Shown here piece after piece: positions 53,580 to 63,863 of a stretch of 64,000 nucleotides of DNA (within the stretch, counting starts at the first letter, position 1; the number at the start of each line of letters is the position of its first letter). A program made the position numbers and the translations under genes. The DNA is taken from the sequence record OP557969.1. One strand, 5' to 3'. The notes under the pieces were generated by a model, which was given only the letters and a program-made list of their open reading frames with translations, had not been told where the DNA came from and searched no databases.

Positions 53580-53914
53580 TGGAGTATTTTATTGATTTAC
53601 TGCCGTGGTATATGAAAGTGAGTATTTTATACTATATTATTAGTACTGGATTCTACTTCCTGATGTGGTTTTTTAAACGACCAATTTCAGTGTACATTGC
53701 TGATAACATGCTGCAATTAAAATTACAAGCATGGTTTTATATGGCGATGTTTATGCCTATTATTCACTATTCAATGATTAGTCTAGGTTTACGTTCTAAT
53801 GGTGAACCAATTGTATTAGTATTCTATTGGACTTCAACTCTAGTATATGTCGGTTTGTTGTTATACCCAATCGTTCATATATTACGTGCTAAAGTTCCTG
53901 ATGCGAGGTACTAA
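53576..53914 (+). CDS. three-TM membrane protein family, array B
   Basis: MWFFKRP; LRAKVPD. Confidence 0.85.
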   Translation: MMEYFIDLLPWYMKVSILYYIISTGFYFLMWFFKRPISVYIADNMLQLKLQAWFYMAMFMPIIHYSMISLGLRSNGEPIVLVFYWTSTLVYVGLLLYPIVHILRAKVPDARY

Positions 53915-54228
53915 TGGATATAGTAACATTGATTTACACGTTGTATTCATTCTATTTTATTATGTGTTGGATTGGATTTTTATTTGTACTGAAGACGTTT
54001 GATTATGTTGAAAGACAGATAAAAGAATTTTGTATTCCTTTTATTGGGTCAACCATAATTAGTATTACTTGTTTGTATTATTTGGTATGTGATCCACCAG
54101 ATAACACTGCAATGATTGACTTTATGTTAGCACCAACTACTGTTATTTTTTTATGTAGTCTGCTGCCACCTATTAGTCGTGGGTTAGCAGAATTTAGACG
54201 CAAACAAAAGCTTAAACGAGGGATGTAA
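53914..54228 (+). CDS. three-TM membrane protein family, array B
   Basis: Three TMs, basic C-terminus. Confidence 0.8.
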   Translation: MDIVTLIYTLYSFYFIMCWIGFLFVLKTFDYVERQIKEFCIPFIGSTIISITCLYYLVCDPPDNTAMIDFMLAPTTVIFLCSLLPPISRGLAEFRRKQKLKRGM

Positions 54229-54596
54229 TGGAAATCACACTTATTATATTAACTTCTATGTTGTTTATTAGTACAGTTGTTATTATTGGCAAGTTCTTCT
54301 GTGTATCCTTCTTGGAAACCGTATATGATGAAATTGCAGATGATTATGAATTAGAAGCAGGATTTTTTATTACGTATTGGGTTAGTTTATTACTGCTTAT
54401 CACAGTATGGGTTTTGCATATATTCCAATGGGGTATGGTTGGTGATGATCCATTACTGGGAATTATTTGTGCGACATTTGGGCTACTGACTGGTGCTGCC
54501 CACAATCTGATAGTAATTGTGCAAACTATAAAATGCGTATTAGTTCCACATTTTCAGAGAATGCACCAAAACATTAAACGCCGCAAACGAGGTTAA
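54228..54596 (+). CDS. three-TM membrane protein family, array B
   Basis: IGKFF; basic C-terminus. Confidence 0.8.
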   Translation: MEITLIILTSMLFISTVVIIGKFFCVSFLETVYDEIADDYELEAGFFITYWVSLLLLITVWVLHIFQWGMVGDDPLLGIICATFGLLTGAAHNLIVIVQTIKCVLVPHFQRMHQNIKRRKRG

Positions 54597-54597
54597 T

Positions 54598-54960
54598 ATG
54601 AACGGGATAGAGTTATCTGTGTTTGGTCAATCACTAATAATTATTAATACTTTCTTTTTCTCACTTAATTCATTTATGTGTATTGGGAAGTATTTTCATA
54701 AACGACCATTATCAAATATATATGATGTAATTCAAACGAGATATAGTCCAGCATATACTATAGTTATTAGCAGTTTCAATTTTGGTTTTGTTTTATTAGT
54801 AATTGGAATGTTAACATCAACGTTGAATATCATCACATTCGGTCTTATGATATGTTCATTGGCATTAACATTAGTTATATGTTGTTTAGTACTACACCTT
54901 ATGGTTCTATTATATTTAAAGATATATGAAATTCACCACCGCTTAGGTACGAGGAAATGA
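54598..54960 (+). CDS. three-TM membrane protein family, array B
   Basis: IGKYFHKRP; IHHRL. Confidence 0.8.
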   Translation: MNGIELSVFGQSLIIINTFFFSLNSFMCIGKYFHKRPLSNIYDVIQTRYSPAYTIVISSFNFGFVLLVIGMLTSTLNIITFGLMICSLALTLVICCLVLHLMVLLYLKIYEIHHRLGTRK

Positions 54961-54961
54961 T

Positions 54962-55333
54962 ATGAGTTATCGTGAAGTATTTTCTATAATTTCAATTATT
55001 ATGTTCAGTGCTGGAACATTGATTTGGTTACTATACTTTTTCTGTATTAATCCAGTGTATAATATGTTATGCAATATTAAATCAAGTACTGGCTATATGA
55101 CTTTTATGATCTTTATGGGATATTATTGTCTAAGCATTTTAGGTGTTTTTTTTGTTGTTATATTTGATATAGGGCCAAACAAGGACGGTCTACAAATGTA
55201 TGAGTTAATAACTATGTTTGGGTGTATGATACCAACCGCACTAATGTTTGTAGCTATTGGTTCTGGATGTATAAAGTTATACAATTATTTAAAATCCATT
55301 CATCATTACATTCATAATAAACGTATGTCCTAA
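54962..55333 (+). CDS. three-TM membrane protein family, array B
   Basis: LLYFFC; IHHYI. Confidence 0.8.
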   Translation: MSYREVFSIISIIMFSAGTLIWLLYFFCINPVYNMLCNIKSSTGYMTFMIFMGYYCLSILGVFFVVIFDIGPNKDGLQMYELITMFGCMIPTALMFVAIGSGCIKLYNYLKSIHHYIHNKRMS

Positions 55334-55378
55334 TAAAAATCCAGTACTGAATAGTACTGGATTATTTGAGGTAGAGCA

Positions 55379-56026
55379 ATGAAATCGAAATTAGGTTTGT
55401 TTTACAGTAATTATTTTGTTAAGCAGCGTAAATTTATAAAGAAATACTTCTCCACAGAGAAGTCCGGTCCTATTATTTTTAAAAGATCAAAATATCATAC
55501 TTACTTAGCTGGTGTTAAACAGTCTAAAAAATTTATTGCTCTATTAAATAAAAATAAAGTGAAAGCTTCTTATGTTGAAACCAGAAAGAATTCCCCTATA
55601 ACTCCTAGTGATTTTATTGAGTACGGGTGTTTTTATATTGAGAATAATGGTAACACCTATTTTATGGATATTGATTGTAATACATCGAATCTTTTTAACA
55701 TTGTAATAAAACCATCAAAACAATATAATATTTATGGTGATGCTATTATCAAATTGATCAAAAACAAAGATTGGTTTGATTTTGAAATAAATGTTTTAGA
55801 TGAAAATTTTGATGAAGTACCCATTAACCCTGAAATTTGTGATATTCTAAATAGTTTAAAAGGTAGTAGCTACAATATAACATCTGATTTAATGTTTCAG
55901 TACTCTTTAATACATAAAGATATTGAAGATTATATTGTGTGTGCTAAAATCTTGAATTATCTGTATGATGAATTTAAAAAGAGTTCTAAAATCACAGCAT
56001 TCACCCTTTATAATATTTCTGTATAA
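55379..56026 (+). CDS. hypothetical protein, EExxFQxS-motif family (divergent), basic N-terminus
   Basis: TSDLMFQYSLIHKD. Confidence 0.75.
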   Translation: MKSKLGLFYSNYFVKQRKFIKKYFSTEKSGPIIFKRSKYHTYLAGVKQSKKFIALLNKNKVKASYVETRKNSPITPSDFIEYGCFYIENNGNTYFMDIDCNTSNLFNIVIKPSKQYNIYGDAIIKLIKNKDWFDFEINVLDENFDEVPINPEICDILNSLKGSSYNITSDLMFQYSLIHKDIEDYIVCAKILNYLYDEFKKSSKITAFTLYNISV

Positions 56027-56037
56027 TTTAAAATATT

Positions 56038-56063
56038 AAAGCCAGTGCTCTCGTACTGGCTTT
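56038..56063. terminator. bidirectional terminator between convergent genes
   Basis: aaagccagt-gctctcgt-actggcttt. Confidence 0.8.
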
Positions 56064-56067
56064 AATA

Positions 56068-57213
56068 TTATTTTTTCCAAGGAAGTAACGAAGTTGGAAT
56101 TTTGATAGGTATATTTGATGAAACAACATCAGGAAAATTTGCATCCCCACAAACATACAAATTATCGTCTTCGTCTATCAACAATATATAGTTGTAACTT
56201 CTACAAAACCCATTTAAACTTCTTCCCTCTAATGCAGATAAATTTATTTCAGTGAATTGTGTTATATATGTTTCATTTGAACCAACACCACATTGACCAT
56301 TAGCATTTATACCACAAGTAAGCAATTTATTATTGTTTTGAATTATACATGATGGTCCAGCAAGGTTCGTACCTAGTTCACCTACAACATTAACCTCACC
56401 TTGTAATGATAAATTTGGAATCACTGTACTCATTGGGACACGAGATGTATTTCCAACACCGGCTTGACCTGAACCATTAGTGGATGCTACTTTAACAGTA
56501 CCGTCATTAAGAAAAATATAAGATGTTTCGATTGTATTAACTGCTTGAGTAGCTGATGTTATTGACGTATCCTGTTTGAAACTAAGTACATTTGTTGTTG
56601 TCGAACCAGAGATAAATGTAGCACCTGCGTACCAATATGTTCCATCCTGGAGTACTAAACCAGTACTTCTAATTGAACACCCAGCACTTCGAACATTTTC
56701 TATATGACTATATGTAAAGGTTGATACAATTGAAGATTCACCATTACCGAATACCCCACCAGTACCTGCACCACAGAAAAACCATTTGCCGTTTTTCAAA
56801 AATACACGCATACAAGCAGAAATAACCACACTATCAATATCACTTGCAGTTACACCAAAATCGGTAAAGAAATGAGTTATATCAATCCAATTGCCACCAG
56901 TATTTGATGGGAGATGTGGAATTACCACTCTAGTCCCTGTGTACCAGATTGTATCATCATCTTTAATAACAAGCGTACCTTGAACACCACCCCAATACCT
57001 GATTACATTAGTATTAACAAGTGTCCACTCAGTAGATGATTCCGTTGAGCCATTACCACCTTGACCATATGATGATGAACCACACCAGTATAAATCGCCA
57101 TTTTTATTTAAATAAAATTTTGCATCAGCCGAACATTGTAATCTGTATTTGAATACTGTTTTTGGTGCTGGTGCAATATTTGCATACTTAATCATTCTTC
57201 CAAAAGGTATCAT
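56068..57213 (-). CDS. RCC1-like beta-propeller protein, MLPFGR-leader family
   Basis: True start MIPFGRMIKYANI at 57213; GDLYWCGSSSYGQGGNG and LLTCGINANGQCGVG repeats. Confidence 0.85.
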   Translation of the reverse strand: MIPFGRMIKYANIAPAPKTVFKYRLQCSADAKFYLNKNGDLYWCGSSSYGQGGNGSTESSTEWTLVNTNVIRYWGGVQGTLVIKDDDTIWYTGTRVVIPHLPSNTGGNWIDITHFFTDFGVTASDIDSVVISACMRVFLKNGKWFFCGAGTGGVFGNGESSIVSTFTYSHIENVRSAGCSIRSTGLVLQDGTYWYAGATFISGSTTTNVLSFKQDTSITSATQAVNTIETSYIFLNDGTVKVASTNGSGQAGVGNTSRVPMSTVIPNLSLQGEVNVVGELGTNLAGPSCIIQNNNKLLTCGINANGQCGVGSNETYITQFTEINLSALEGRSLNGFCRSYNYILLIDEDDNLYVCGDANFPDVVSSNIPIKIPTSLLPWKK

Positions 57214-57284
57214 ATTTCCTCCTTTATCCATTGTACTGTATTTAATCCAAATTAGAAAAGCCAGTATCAAGTACTGGCATTGTA

Positions 57285-58634
57285 TTATTGTAATGGAATT
57301 TCAGTGAGTGTTTTATATGTACTTCCGTTATACACCCCTCTCCAATATACTTTACCATCAGTGCTAATCACTAATAATCCATATGTTGTAAACCCAAGAG
57401 TACCACCAACATACATAGCATCTTTGATTCTAATACCAATGTCTTCATATGTAAATGACGCGACCGCACCCGCTTGCCATGAAGGACTAGCGTAGTAATC
57501 ACTATAAACACCATGTGCTTTATATATTGATGTTGTTCCTGGTTCAAAAATTACAGTTCCACAGTAGTTCATTCGTATTTTAGTACTGGATGACGTTGGT
57601 ACATTTATACCCACGTCATCTTTTATCCCTGTGGTTAGAACGTTAAAACCCCCCGCCACACGGTTGACATCATTCTCACCGATTGAATACATACCAACGT
57701 TGTAGCCCATATAATACACACTAGAACTTCCATTCCAGAAAGAAAAACCACCACCATTACCACAGCGATATAGTTGTGAATTTGAGCAGTACATCATACC
57801 TTCGTTTGTTGCATCAAATTCATCTGCTGTTCCGATCACAGCCACTGTAGTCCATGTTTTAATCACTTGGTTTGCACTAGCGGGTTTTTGAATACCATAT
57901 CGTATATTATATCCTTTACCGACTATTGTACCATCTTCTAATTTGGCATAAAGTACAGGTCTATTACCAACAAAATACATATTATTGTGTGACATGTCTA
58001 TTGTACGTCTTAATGAAACTACTTTTTTTGTCAATTGATTATCTTTAGTAAAAGACGTAAAGTAGTAATCCGATGTTGAATTGTTTATTAAACCTTGTAT
58101 TGACAACCCCATATACCAGATTTCTCCCTTACTATTCAAAGCTGCCAAAATACAACTATATTTTGAAGTGTATGTTGGGTTTACTGAAGTTGCTGGTCCT
58201 TTGTCATATCCACCACAGAATACCATCTCCACAACTTCACCTACGTTAGCAAAATAAGAAGATACGTTGATAAAACCATTTGTTATAAAAGGTGCTGTAT
58301 TTATACTTGAATGTGTGAATATCCCATTTGCATATACACCACAAAAATGATATGAACCATCATTATCTTGGACTATTATCCCATTTGATAGTAACCAAAA
58401 ATTGTTTACATTTTTTCTTACTAATTCGATTCCTGCCCCATTAGTTGGTGTTATACCAAAAGAAACATATTTTGTTTGACCAATTCCATATAAATTTCCA
58501 TTTGATGCTAATATTGCACCAAACCAATTACCACCACCATTCTTGTTATGACCCATGCCGATAGAATCGAATTTCTTAACAGTAGGAATTTGTACTTTAT
58601 TTCCATAATTCATCATCCTTCCAAAAGGTAACAT
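57285..58634 (-). CDS. RCC1-like beta-propeller protein, MLPFGR-leader family (divergent)
   Basis: MLPFGRMMNYGNK; GNLYGIG, GEIWYMG, DGKVYWRG repeats. Confidence 0.8.
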   Translation of the reverse strand: MLPFGRMMNYGNKVQIPTVKKFDSIGMGHNKNGGGNWFGAILASNGNLYGIGQTKYVSFGITPTNGAGIELVRKNVNNFWLLSNGIIVQDNDGSYHFCGVYANGIFTHSSINTAPFITNGFINVSSYFANVGEVVEMVFCGGYDKGPATSVNPTYTSKYSCILAALNSKGEIWYMGLSIQGLINNSTSDYYFTSFTKDNQLTKKVVSLRRTIDMSHNNMYFVGNRPVLYAKLEDGTIVGKGYNIRYGIQKPASANQVIKTWTTVAVIGTADEFDATNEGMMYCSNSQLYRCGNGGGFSFWNGSSSVYYMGYNVGMYSIGENDVNRVAGGFNVLTTGIKDDVGINVPTSSSTKIRMNYCGTVIFEPGTTSIYKAHGVYSDYYASPSWQAGAVASFTYEDIGIRIKDAMYVGGTLGFTTYGLLVISTDGKVYWRGVYNGSTYKTLTEIPLQ

Positions 58635-58705
58635 ACTTCCTCCTTATTCATCATACTATATTTAATACAAATAAGAAAAGCCAGTATCAAGTACTGGCTT
58701 TTACA

Positions 58706-59896
58706 TTACAATTGTCTAGGTGTATCCAGAACATATCTATTTGTTTTAGGACCACCATCATCATAAGTTCCGGTTGAATATATATTTTTCATATCAGCAG
58801 TTAGGAAAGTACGCAACGAACCGCGATATATTTTTATTTTATCATACATAGAATATGTTATTTCTGACGGCAATGGACATGCAGTAAATTTACCAATGGT
58901 AGCATCATAACCAACACCCAATGTGCCAGCATAACTACTCGCATTTAAACCAGTTGCATATACACCTGCACTCGTAACTAGTATACTAGATTGTGCTGGG
59001 TATCCAGTATGGATTGAATAATAAGTACCGGGTGGTAATGTAGCACTATTATTTCCTAAAACTCCATTAACATTGCTAGATGTAGTTTTATTTCCCCATG
59101 CTCCATTATTAGCTAATCCACCAACTAGAAACTGACGTGCTCCTGTACTTGGATTCTCTACTAAAGCACTGACAGCACCAAATGAACAAACAGTATATTG
59201 TAATGTTTTTGTATATGTGGTACTTGGCTGATATAAAGTATATTCATTAAATGGTGTCCATGTGGTACTAGTACTTATGCCAGATGTACTACCACCAATA
59301 TATAAATTATTTTGTGTATCAAAAAACATTGCACAGTAATTTGTTGACTGTATTTGTGCAATATCTACATCTGGTGTTACCGCTTTAACAAATGAACCAT
59401 CTGATATTTGATAAGTAGTTCCTGTACCATCTGCGAATTGTCTAGCACTATTCCACCCTGTACTCCATATTGTATTATTATCCATTAAGAAAGTAAACCA
59501 CGTAGTACCTGCATACATTTGTTTAATTGAAGTACTTGAACTTTGTTTGTACAAATTTTCAATATATTGGTTATAACTTAAAAACGTAGTAGTACTAGTT
59601 TCTAAACCAATATGACTACCATATCCACAATAAAAATAATTTAAGTCATTATCTTGAACTAACAAAGTTCCTTGTGTCATCCAGCAATCTTTGACATTTT
59701 CTCTAATTAATGTCCACGACCTTACTGCATTATTATTTCCTCTACCAAACTTCCCCCAACTATTACTGCCTCGTGCGTATAGTTGACCGTCGGTATAAAG
59801 TACAACAACCTCAGTATCAGTTGGTATTATTTTCTTAATTTGAAGTGGGACGGGTACAATATTCCCGTACTTAACTATTCTCCCAAAAGGTAACAT
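58706..59896 (-). CDS. RCC1-like beta-propeller protein, MLPFGR-leader family
   Basis: MLPFGRIVKYGNI; GQLYARGSNSWGKFGRG. Confidence 0.85.
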   Translation of the reverse strand: MLPFGRIVKYGNIVPVPLQIKKIIPTDTEVVVLYTDGQLYARGSNSWGKFGRGNNNAVRSWTLIRENVKDCWMTQGTLLVQDNDLNYFYCGYGSHIGLETSTTTFLSYNQYIENLYKQSSSTSIKQMYAGTTWFTFLMDNNTIWSTGWNSARQFADGTGTTYQISDGSFVKAVTPDVDIAQIQSTNYCAMFFDTQNNLYIGGSTSGISTSTTWTPFNEYTLYQPSTTYTKTLQYTVCSFGAVSALVENPSTGARQFLVGGLANNGAWGNKTTSSNVNGVLGNNSATLPPGTYYSIHTGYPAQSSILVTSAGVYATGLNASSYAGTLGVGYDATIGKFTACPLPSEITYSMYDKIKIYRGSLRTFLTADMKNIYSTGTYDDGGPKTNRYVLDTPRQL

Positions 59897-59966
59897 ATTC
59901 CCTCCTTATTCATTATACTATATTTAATACAAATAATAAAAGCCAGTATCAAGTACTGGCCTATAT

Positions 59967-61136
59967 TTAAACTGGCGAATCTAATATAAATTCTAAACTA
60001 CTAATGCCACCATATGTGACATCTGTTCCCGTGCTATATACAAAATTACCATCAGTTATATAAGTTCGGTTATAACTACCTGCCATCTGTGACTTACTAT
60101 AATCAAACCCATCAGGTACGATTGCTTTGGTATATACTAATGCATTAGTAGATGTACCAATACCTAACATACCAGCTTGTGTAGATTGATTGTAGCCGCA
60201 ACAATATATACCATCTGTTGTAGCAATAACTTGGTTATAATTTGAAGTATTGTTAGCAATGCTTACTACATCACCAGGTGGCATTAGTGATGCTGTTTGT
60301 ACATCAAATGCTCTATAATCTTTGAGAGAACCATCTTTCCCATCTGCTTGTGCACCAAATATTCTTGAACCACCATTTGCGATGATAGTTTTACCAGTGG
60401 GATCAGTGCCTATTGCCATTGCCATTGAAGTACCATTATTCACATAGTACTTTATATTAATTGTATTACTTAAGCTGGTAGGAGCACCATAATATATATT
60501 ATATAACTTACTTCCTGAACTTGTAACTGCATTGACTCTTCCTGTATAAAATAACCATCCTTGGCTTGTAACATAACCGTGCATTAAATTACTTGCAAAC
60601 AATTTAACAGGTAATTGATTTGCTGCGGTAGGAACAGTACTTTTGACGAATCTACCAGAAACATTGTTAATTGTTGTCCCATCACCCAACTGACCATCCG
60701 ACCCTACTCCAGTACTCCATATTGTTTGGTCTGATAGTAACACACTTGTAGTCTGATAACTAACGGCTATATCTAATATTGGTAATGTTAATGTATTGAA
60801 TATAGGCATAGCAGATGTCCATATTGATACTCCTGACCCTTTCATACCAACAGTTGTTGAACTTCCACTGTACCATATTTCATTATTGCTTTTCTTAACA
60901 ACTATCGACGTGGCTCCCATCCAAAAATCTTCAACACCAGAAGTACTAAAAGTCCATGTAGTAACAGTATTTTTGTGACCTAAACCCAAAATACCATATG
61001 CATTATCACCACGCACATATAAATCACCACTGTTTGTTAAAACAGCAACATTATAGTTGTTAGCAAGTATTTTTTTAATATTTGGTTTAGCAGGTGCAAT
61101 ATTCCCGTACTTAACCATCCTCGCAAAAGGTAACAA
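59967..61136 (-). CDS. RCC1-like beta-propeller protein, MLPFGR-leader family
   Basis: TTG start MLPFARMVKYGNI; GDLYVRGDNAYGILGLG, IWSTGVGSDGQLGDG. Confidence 0.85.
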   Translation of the reverse strand: MLPFARMVKYGNIAPAKPNIKKILANNYNVAVLTNSGDLYVRGDNAYGILGLGHKNTVTTWTFSTSGVEDFWMGATSIVVKKSNNEIWYSGSSTTVGMKGSGVSIWTSAMPIFNTLTLPILDIAVSYQTTSVLLSDQTIWSTGVGSDGQLGDGTTINNVSGRFVKSTVPTAANQLPVKLFASNLMHGYVTSQGWLFYTGRVNAVTSSGSKLYNIYYGAPTSLSNTINIKYYVNNGTSMAMAIGTDPTGKTIIANGGSRIFGAQADGKDGSLKDYRAFDVQTASLMPPGDVVSIANNTSNYNQVIATTDGIYCCGYNQSTQAGMLGIGTSTNALVYTKAIVPDGFDYSKSQMAGSYNRTYITDGNFVYSTGTDVTYGGISSLEFILDSPV

Positions 61137-61213
61137 AATTAAATCTCCAAAATTAAAATAATTATATAGTATTTACAAAAAATACTAGTACATATTTCAG
61201 TACTGGCCTATTA

Positions 61214-62335
61214 TTAAAAGGGCAACGGTAACTCAGTAAAAGTACTTACGTCCGGTAAACCATACATTGAATTAGCATCACCACAGTAATACCACTTCGT
61301 AGAATCATGTACCACCGATAAACGCTGTGCACATAACACTTCCTGTATGTCATTAAACACCATCGGGACTAACTCATATGTATCCGCAAATGAAGATACA
61401 CCACCACTCGCATGAAAAGTATTCGTCCCAGCATAAAATAACTGATTAGTGTTCTTACCCACAGCAAATGTCATCAAATCCCCATCATTCTCCCATAAAG
61501 AAGAAAACTTATCAACACTACCAGAAAGCTCTGTGTAAGTACTCGTAATGGCATTCGCCGCCGCCGCATTACCCATCTGTTTATTCAAGTTCTGTCCAGC
61601 AATAAAATATCTCGTTCGTGCACTAGAATCAGTATATAATAACCCAGTGTTCGTAGTCATCATTCCAATGTCCTTAATCGTCATACCAGTCTGTGAATAA
61701 CTTAGATACGAAGTTAAATTAACATTATTACCCAACGAACCGTTAGAACTCATACCACAACGATGTAATATACCACTTGTATCAACGTAGATAGTACTAA
61801 CTAAACTCGTATACAACTCTTGTACATTATTCGCAATAAACACAGCAGTCGCCTTATTACTAACCCCACCAAATGATAGGTTATTATCAAATCCCTTAGC
61901 GTATAATTGATTATTAGTAGTCAATAATCCAATCGTGTAATAAGACATTTTCATATCCCTTACTGTACTCAAATCTACTGCCCCAAATTGATACGTAACA
62001 TCTGTCCATTTGAAAATCTGTGCACTACCAACACCACCCGTTTCAAACCATTTGTCACCACAGTACAATATGCGATTATCCTTAGTAAAGATAACTGTTA
62101 ACAATCCACTACCACACGCAAACTTTACATCACTTCTAACCTTCGTCCAATCACGTACATAGGTAGTGGTGTTATTACCTATACCTAACTTGCCATAACG
62201 GTTATAACCACGCACCCATAAATCACCACTCTTAGTAATTAATAGTAATGCGTCTCCTGTACTTATTATTCGAAATCCCGATCTAGGATCAGGTACAATA
62301 TTCCCGTACTTAACCATTCTCCCAAAAGGTAACAT
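61214..62335 (-). CDS. RCC1-like beta-propeller protein, MLPFGR-leader family
   Basis: MLPFGRMVKYGNI; GDLWVRGYNRYGKLGIG. Confidence 0.85.
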   Translation of the reverse strand: MLPFGRMVKYGNIVPDPRSGFRIISTGDALLLITKSGDLWVRGYNRYGKLGIGNNTTTYVRDWTKVRSDVKFACGSGLLTVIFTKDNRILYCGDKWFETGGVGSAQIFKWTDVTYQFGAVDLSTVRDMKMSYYTIGLLTTNNQLYAKGFDNNLSFGGVSNKATAVFIANNVQELYTSLVSTIYVDTSGILHRCGMSSNGSLGNNVNLTSYLSYSQTGMTIKDIGMMTTNTGLLYTDSSARTRYFIAGQNLNKQMGNAAAANAITSTYTELSGSVDKFSSLWENDGDLMTFAVGKNTNQLFYAGTNTFHASGGVSSFADTYELVPMVFNDIQEVLCAQRLSVVHDSTKWYYCGDANSMYGLPDVSTFTELPLPF

Positions 62336-62438
62336 ATTTCCCTCCTTTATTCATCATCTCATATTTACCCCATAAAGAAAACACTTGACACCCTTTCAGT
62401 ACTGTTGTACAATAGAAGGAATATAAGGAGAACTACAC

Positions 62439-62666
62439 ATGACAAATACACTTAAGTACTACATTAATACTCTGTCCGACCTAGAGTACGCGAAGTTTCT
62501 CGCGGATAGTTCGTGGTTGATTGGACTAAAAACACATAACAGCCCCGGATGCACCCTTATGATGTACAATGCTATTGATACCCTTATAGTGAGTATTTTA
62601 CATAGCAACATCTACGGGGATAACAATAAACAATTATCAAAAATCTTAGTACTGCTATCTCTATGA
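62439..62666 (+). CDS. small protein, terminal tandem array
   Basis: Promoter at about 62385 and AAGGAG RBS; KYYINTLS. Confidence 0.75.
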   Translation: MTNTLKYYINTLSDLEYAKFLADSSWLIGLKTHNSPGCTLMMYNAIDTLIVSILHSNIYGDNNKQLSKILVLLSL

Positions 62667-62875
62667 ACACTATGAGCACTGAACAGTTCTACATCAATGC
62701 ACTACCAACTAAAAGTCTTCAAGAAAGCCTACTGTATACACAAAAGAATCTTAAAAACTTCAAACATTGCCCTAAACTACTGAACTCGTACAGAAATAAT
62801 ATCATAAGTAATGTTTTACAAGGAGAAGAAAGTATGCAATACTATCACATCCTTATCCTTATATTGGAGTACTAA
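62663..62875 (+). CDS. small protein, terminal tandem array
   Basis: Paralog of 63074 (YINALP..LKN...N...N.LQG...Y..I). Confidence 0.75.
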   Translation: MNTMSTEQFYINALPTKSLQESLLYTQKNLKNFKHCPKLLNSYRNNIISNVLQGEESMQYYHILILILEY

Positions 62876-62876
62876 T

Positions 62877-63062
62877 ATGTATAAAGATTTCTATTGCAGT
62901 AAACTACACAAGCAATACAGGGATACATTCCCTAAAGAACCTATGCAAATGAATAGTCCCTTTTATAAATTTGACTTCAGACTGGAGACACGTTATGCAA
63001 TAGAACATCAATTCCATGAAACTAAGTACTTATCTATCATGAACCTCATCTTTAAGTTCTAA
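62877..63062 (+). CDS. small protein, terminal tandem array
   Basis: Start moved to after GGAG; KY..IM.LI C-terminus. Confidence 0.7.
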   Translation: MYKDFYCSKLHKQYRDTFPKEPMQMNSPFYKFDFRLETRYAIEHQFHETKYLSIMNLIFKF

Positions 63063-63073
63063 AAGAGTACTAT

Positions 63074-63286
63074 ATGAAAACTATGAACATACACCAGTAC
63101 TACTTAGATATTCTCCCTAAAGATGTACAGTTCATCCTTAAACAAGAATACAGTACTTTAAAAAACCTTAAAAGAACCGCACCGAATGCATTAATCCTGC
63201 ACCAAAAAAATGTAGTTGATAATATTCTACAAGGTGTACCAGGGACCGAGTACTTTAACATAATAAGGCTAATTACATTACCATGA
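63074..63286 (+). CDS. small protein, terminal tandem array
   Basis: QYYLDILP; NILQG. Confidence 0.75.
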   Translation: MKTMNIHQYYLDILPKDVQFILKQEYSTLKNLKRTAPNALILHQKNVVDNILQGVPGTEYFNIIRLITLP

Positions 63287-63468
63287 ATCATATATTATAC
63301 TATTACCAAAATCTATCCGACAGGGACAAGTACACCCACAACTCCAATGTATGGTACTACAAACGCGGTAGTATAAGAGACAAACAACATTACTTCTGTA
63401 TTGCTATAAAAGAAGCACTAACAACTAAGTACACGTACAGAGCAGTACTGAAACTTATTGATATGTAA
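63283..63468 (+). CDS. small protein, terminal tandem array
   Basis: KYTYRAVLKLI. Confidence 0.8.
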   Translation: MNHILYYYQNLSDRDKYTHNSNVWYYKRGSIRDKQHYFCIAIKEALTTKYTYRAVLKLIDM

Positions 63469-63478
63469 AGAGAATAAT

Positions 63479-63661
63479 ATGAGCATTGAATTGTACTTAA
63501 GTAAATTACAGCCTGGCGATAGATTCATCTACAATAAGTTCGAATCCAACTACAAGAACGGGAGCAACAAATATCGTCGAGGATACCTATATACAAGCAC
63601 AAGAGATGCACAAAACGAAAAGTACACATACAGAGAAGTACTAAAACTTATCTCTATATAA
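63479..63661 (+). CDS. small protein, terminal tandem array
   Basis: YKNG; KYTYREVLKLISI. Confidence 0.8.
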   Translation: MSIELYLSKLQPGDRFIYNKFESNYKNGSNKYRRGYLYTSTRDAQNEKYTYREVLKLISI

Positions 63662-63669
63662 GGTAATAT

Positions 63670-63855
63670 ATGAACAATTTTGAGTACTATACCAATAAAC
63701 TATCTATGCCTGAAAGATCTCATCTCTATGTGTGGAGAAATGCGTATAAAAACGGAAATAAACTTATACAAAGAAATTCCCTTACAGTGTGTACCAATTT
63801 AATTAAAGCAGAGTACCGTACATATATTGAAGTACTGAAACTTATCTCTATCTAA
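63670..63855 (+). CDS. small protein, terminal tandem array
   Basis: YKNG; TYIEVLKLISI. Confidence 0.8.
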   Translation: MNNFEYYTNKLSMPERSHLYVWRNAYKNGNKLIQRNSLTVCTNLIKAEYRTYIEVLKLISI

Positions 63856-63863
63856 GGTACTCT

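Larger units (their letters stand above)
57257..59960. repeat. repeated terminator + late promoter + RBS spacer between RCC1-like genes
   Basis: GCCAGTATCAAGTACTGGC at 57260, 58680 and 59942, each next to minus-strand TAAATA and GGAGG; variant at 61185. Confidence 0.85.

Noticed and set aside
56068-62335. Diversity-generating retroelement acting on the RCC1-like genes
   Set aside because: No reverse transcriptase in the window and no near-identical template/variable repeat pair differing only at adenines; the identity is limited to the leaders.
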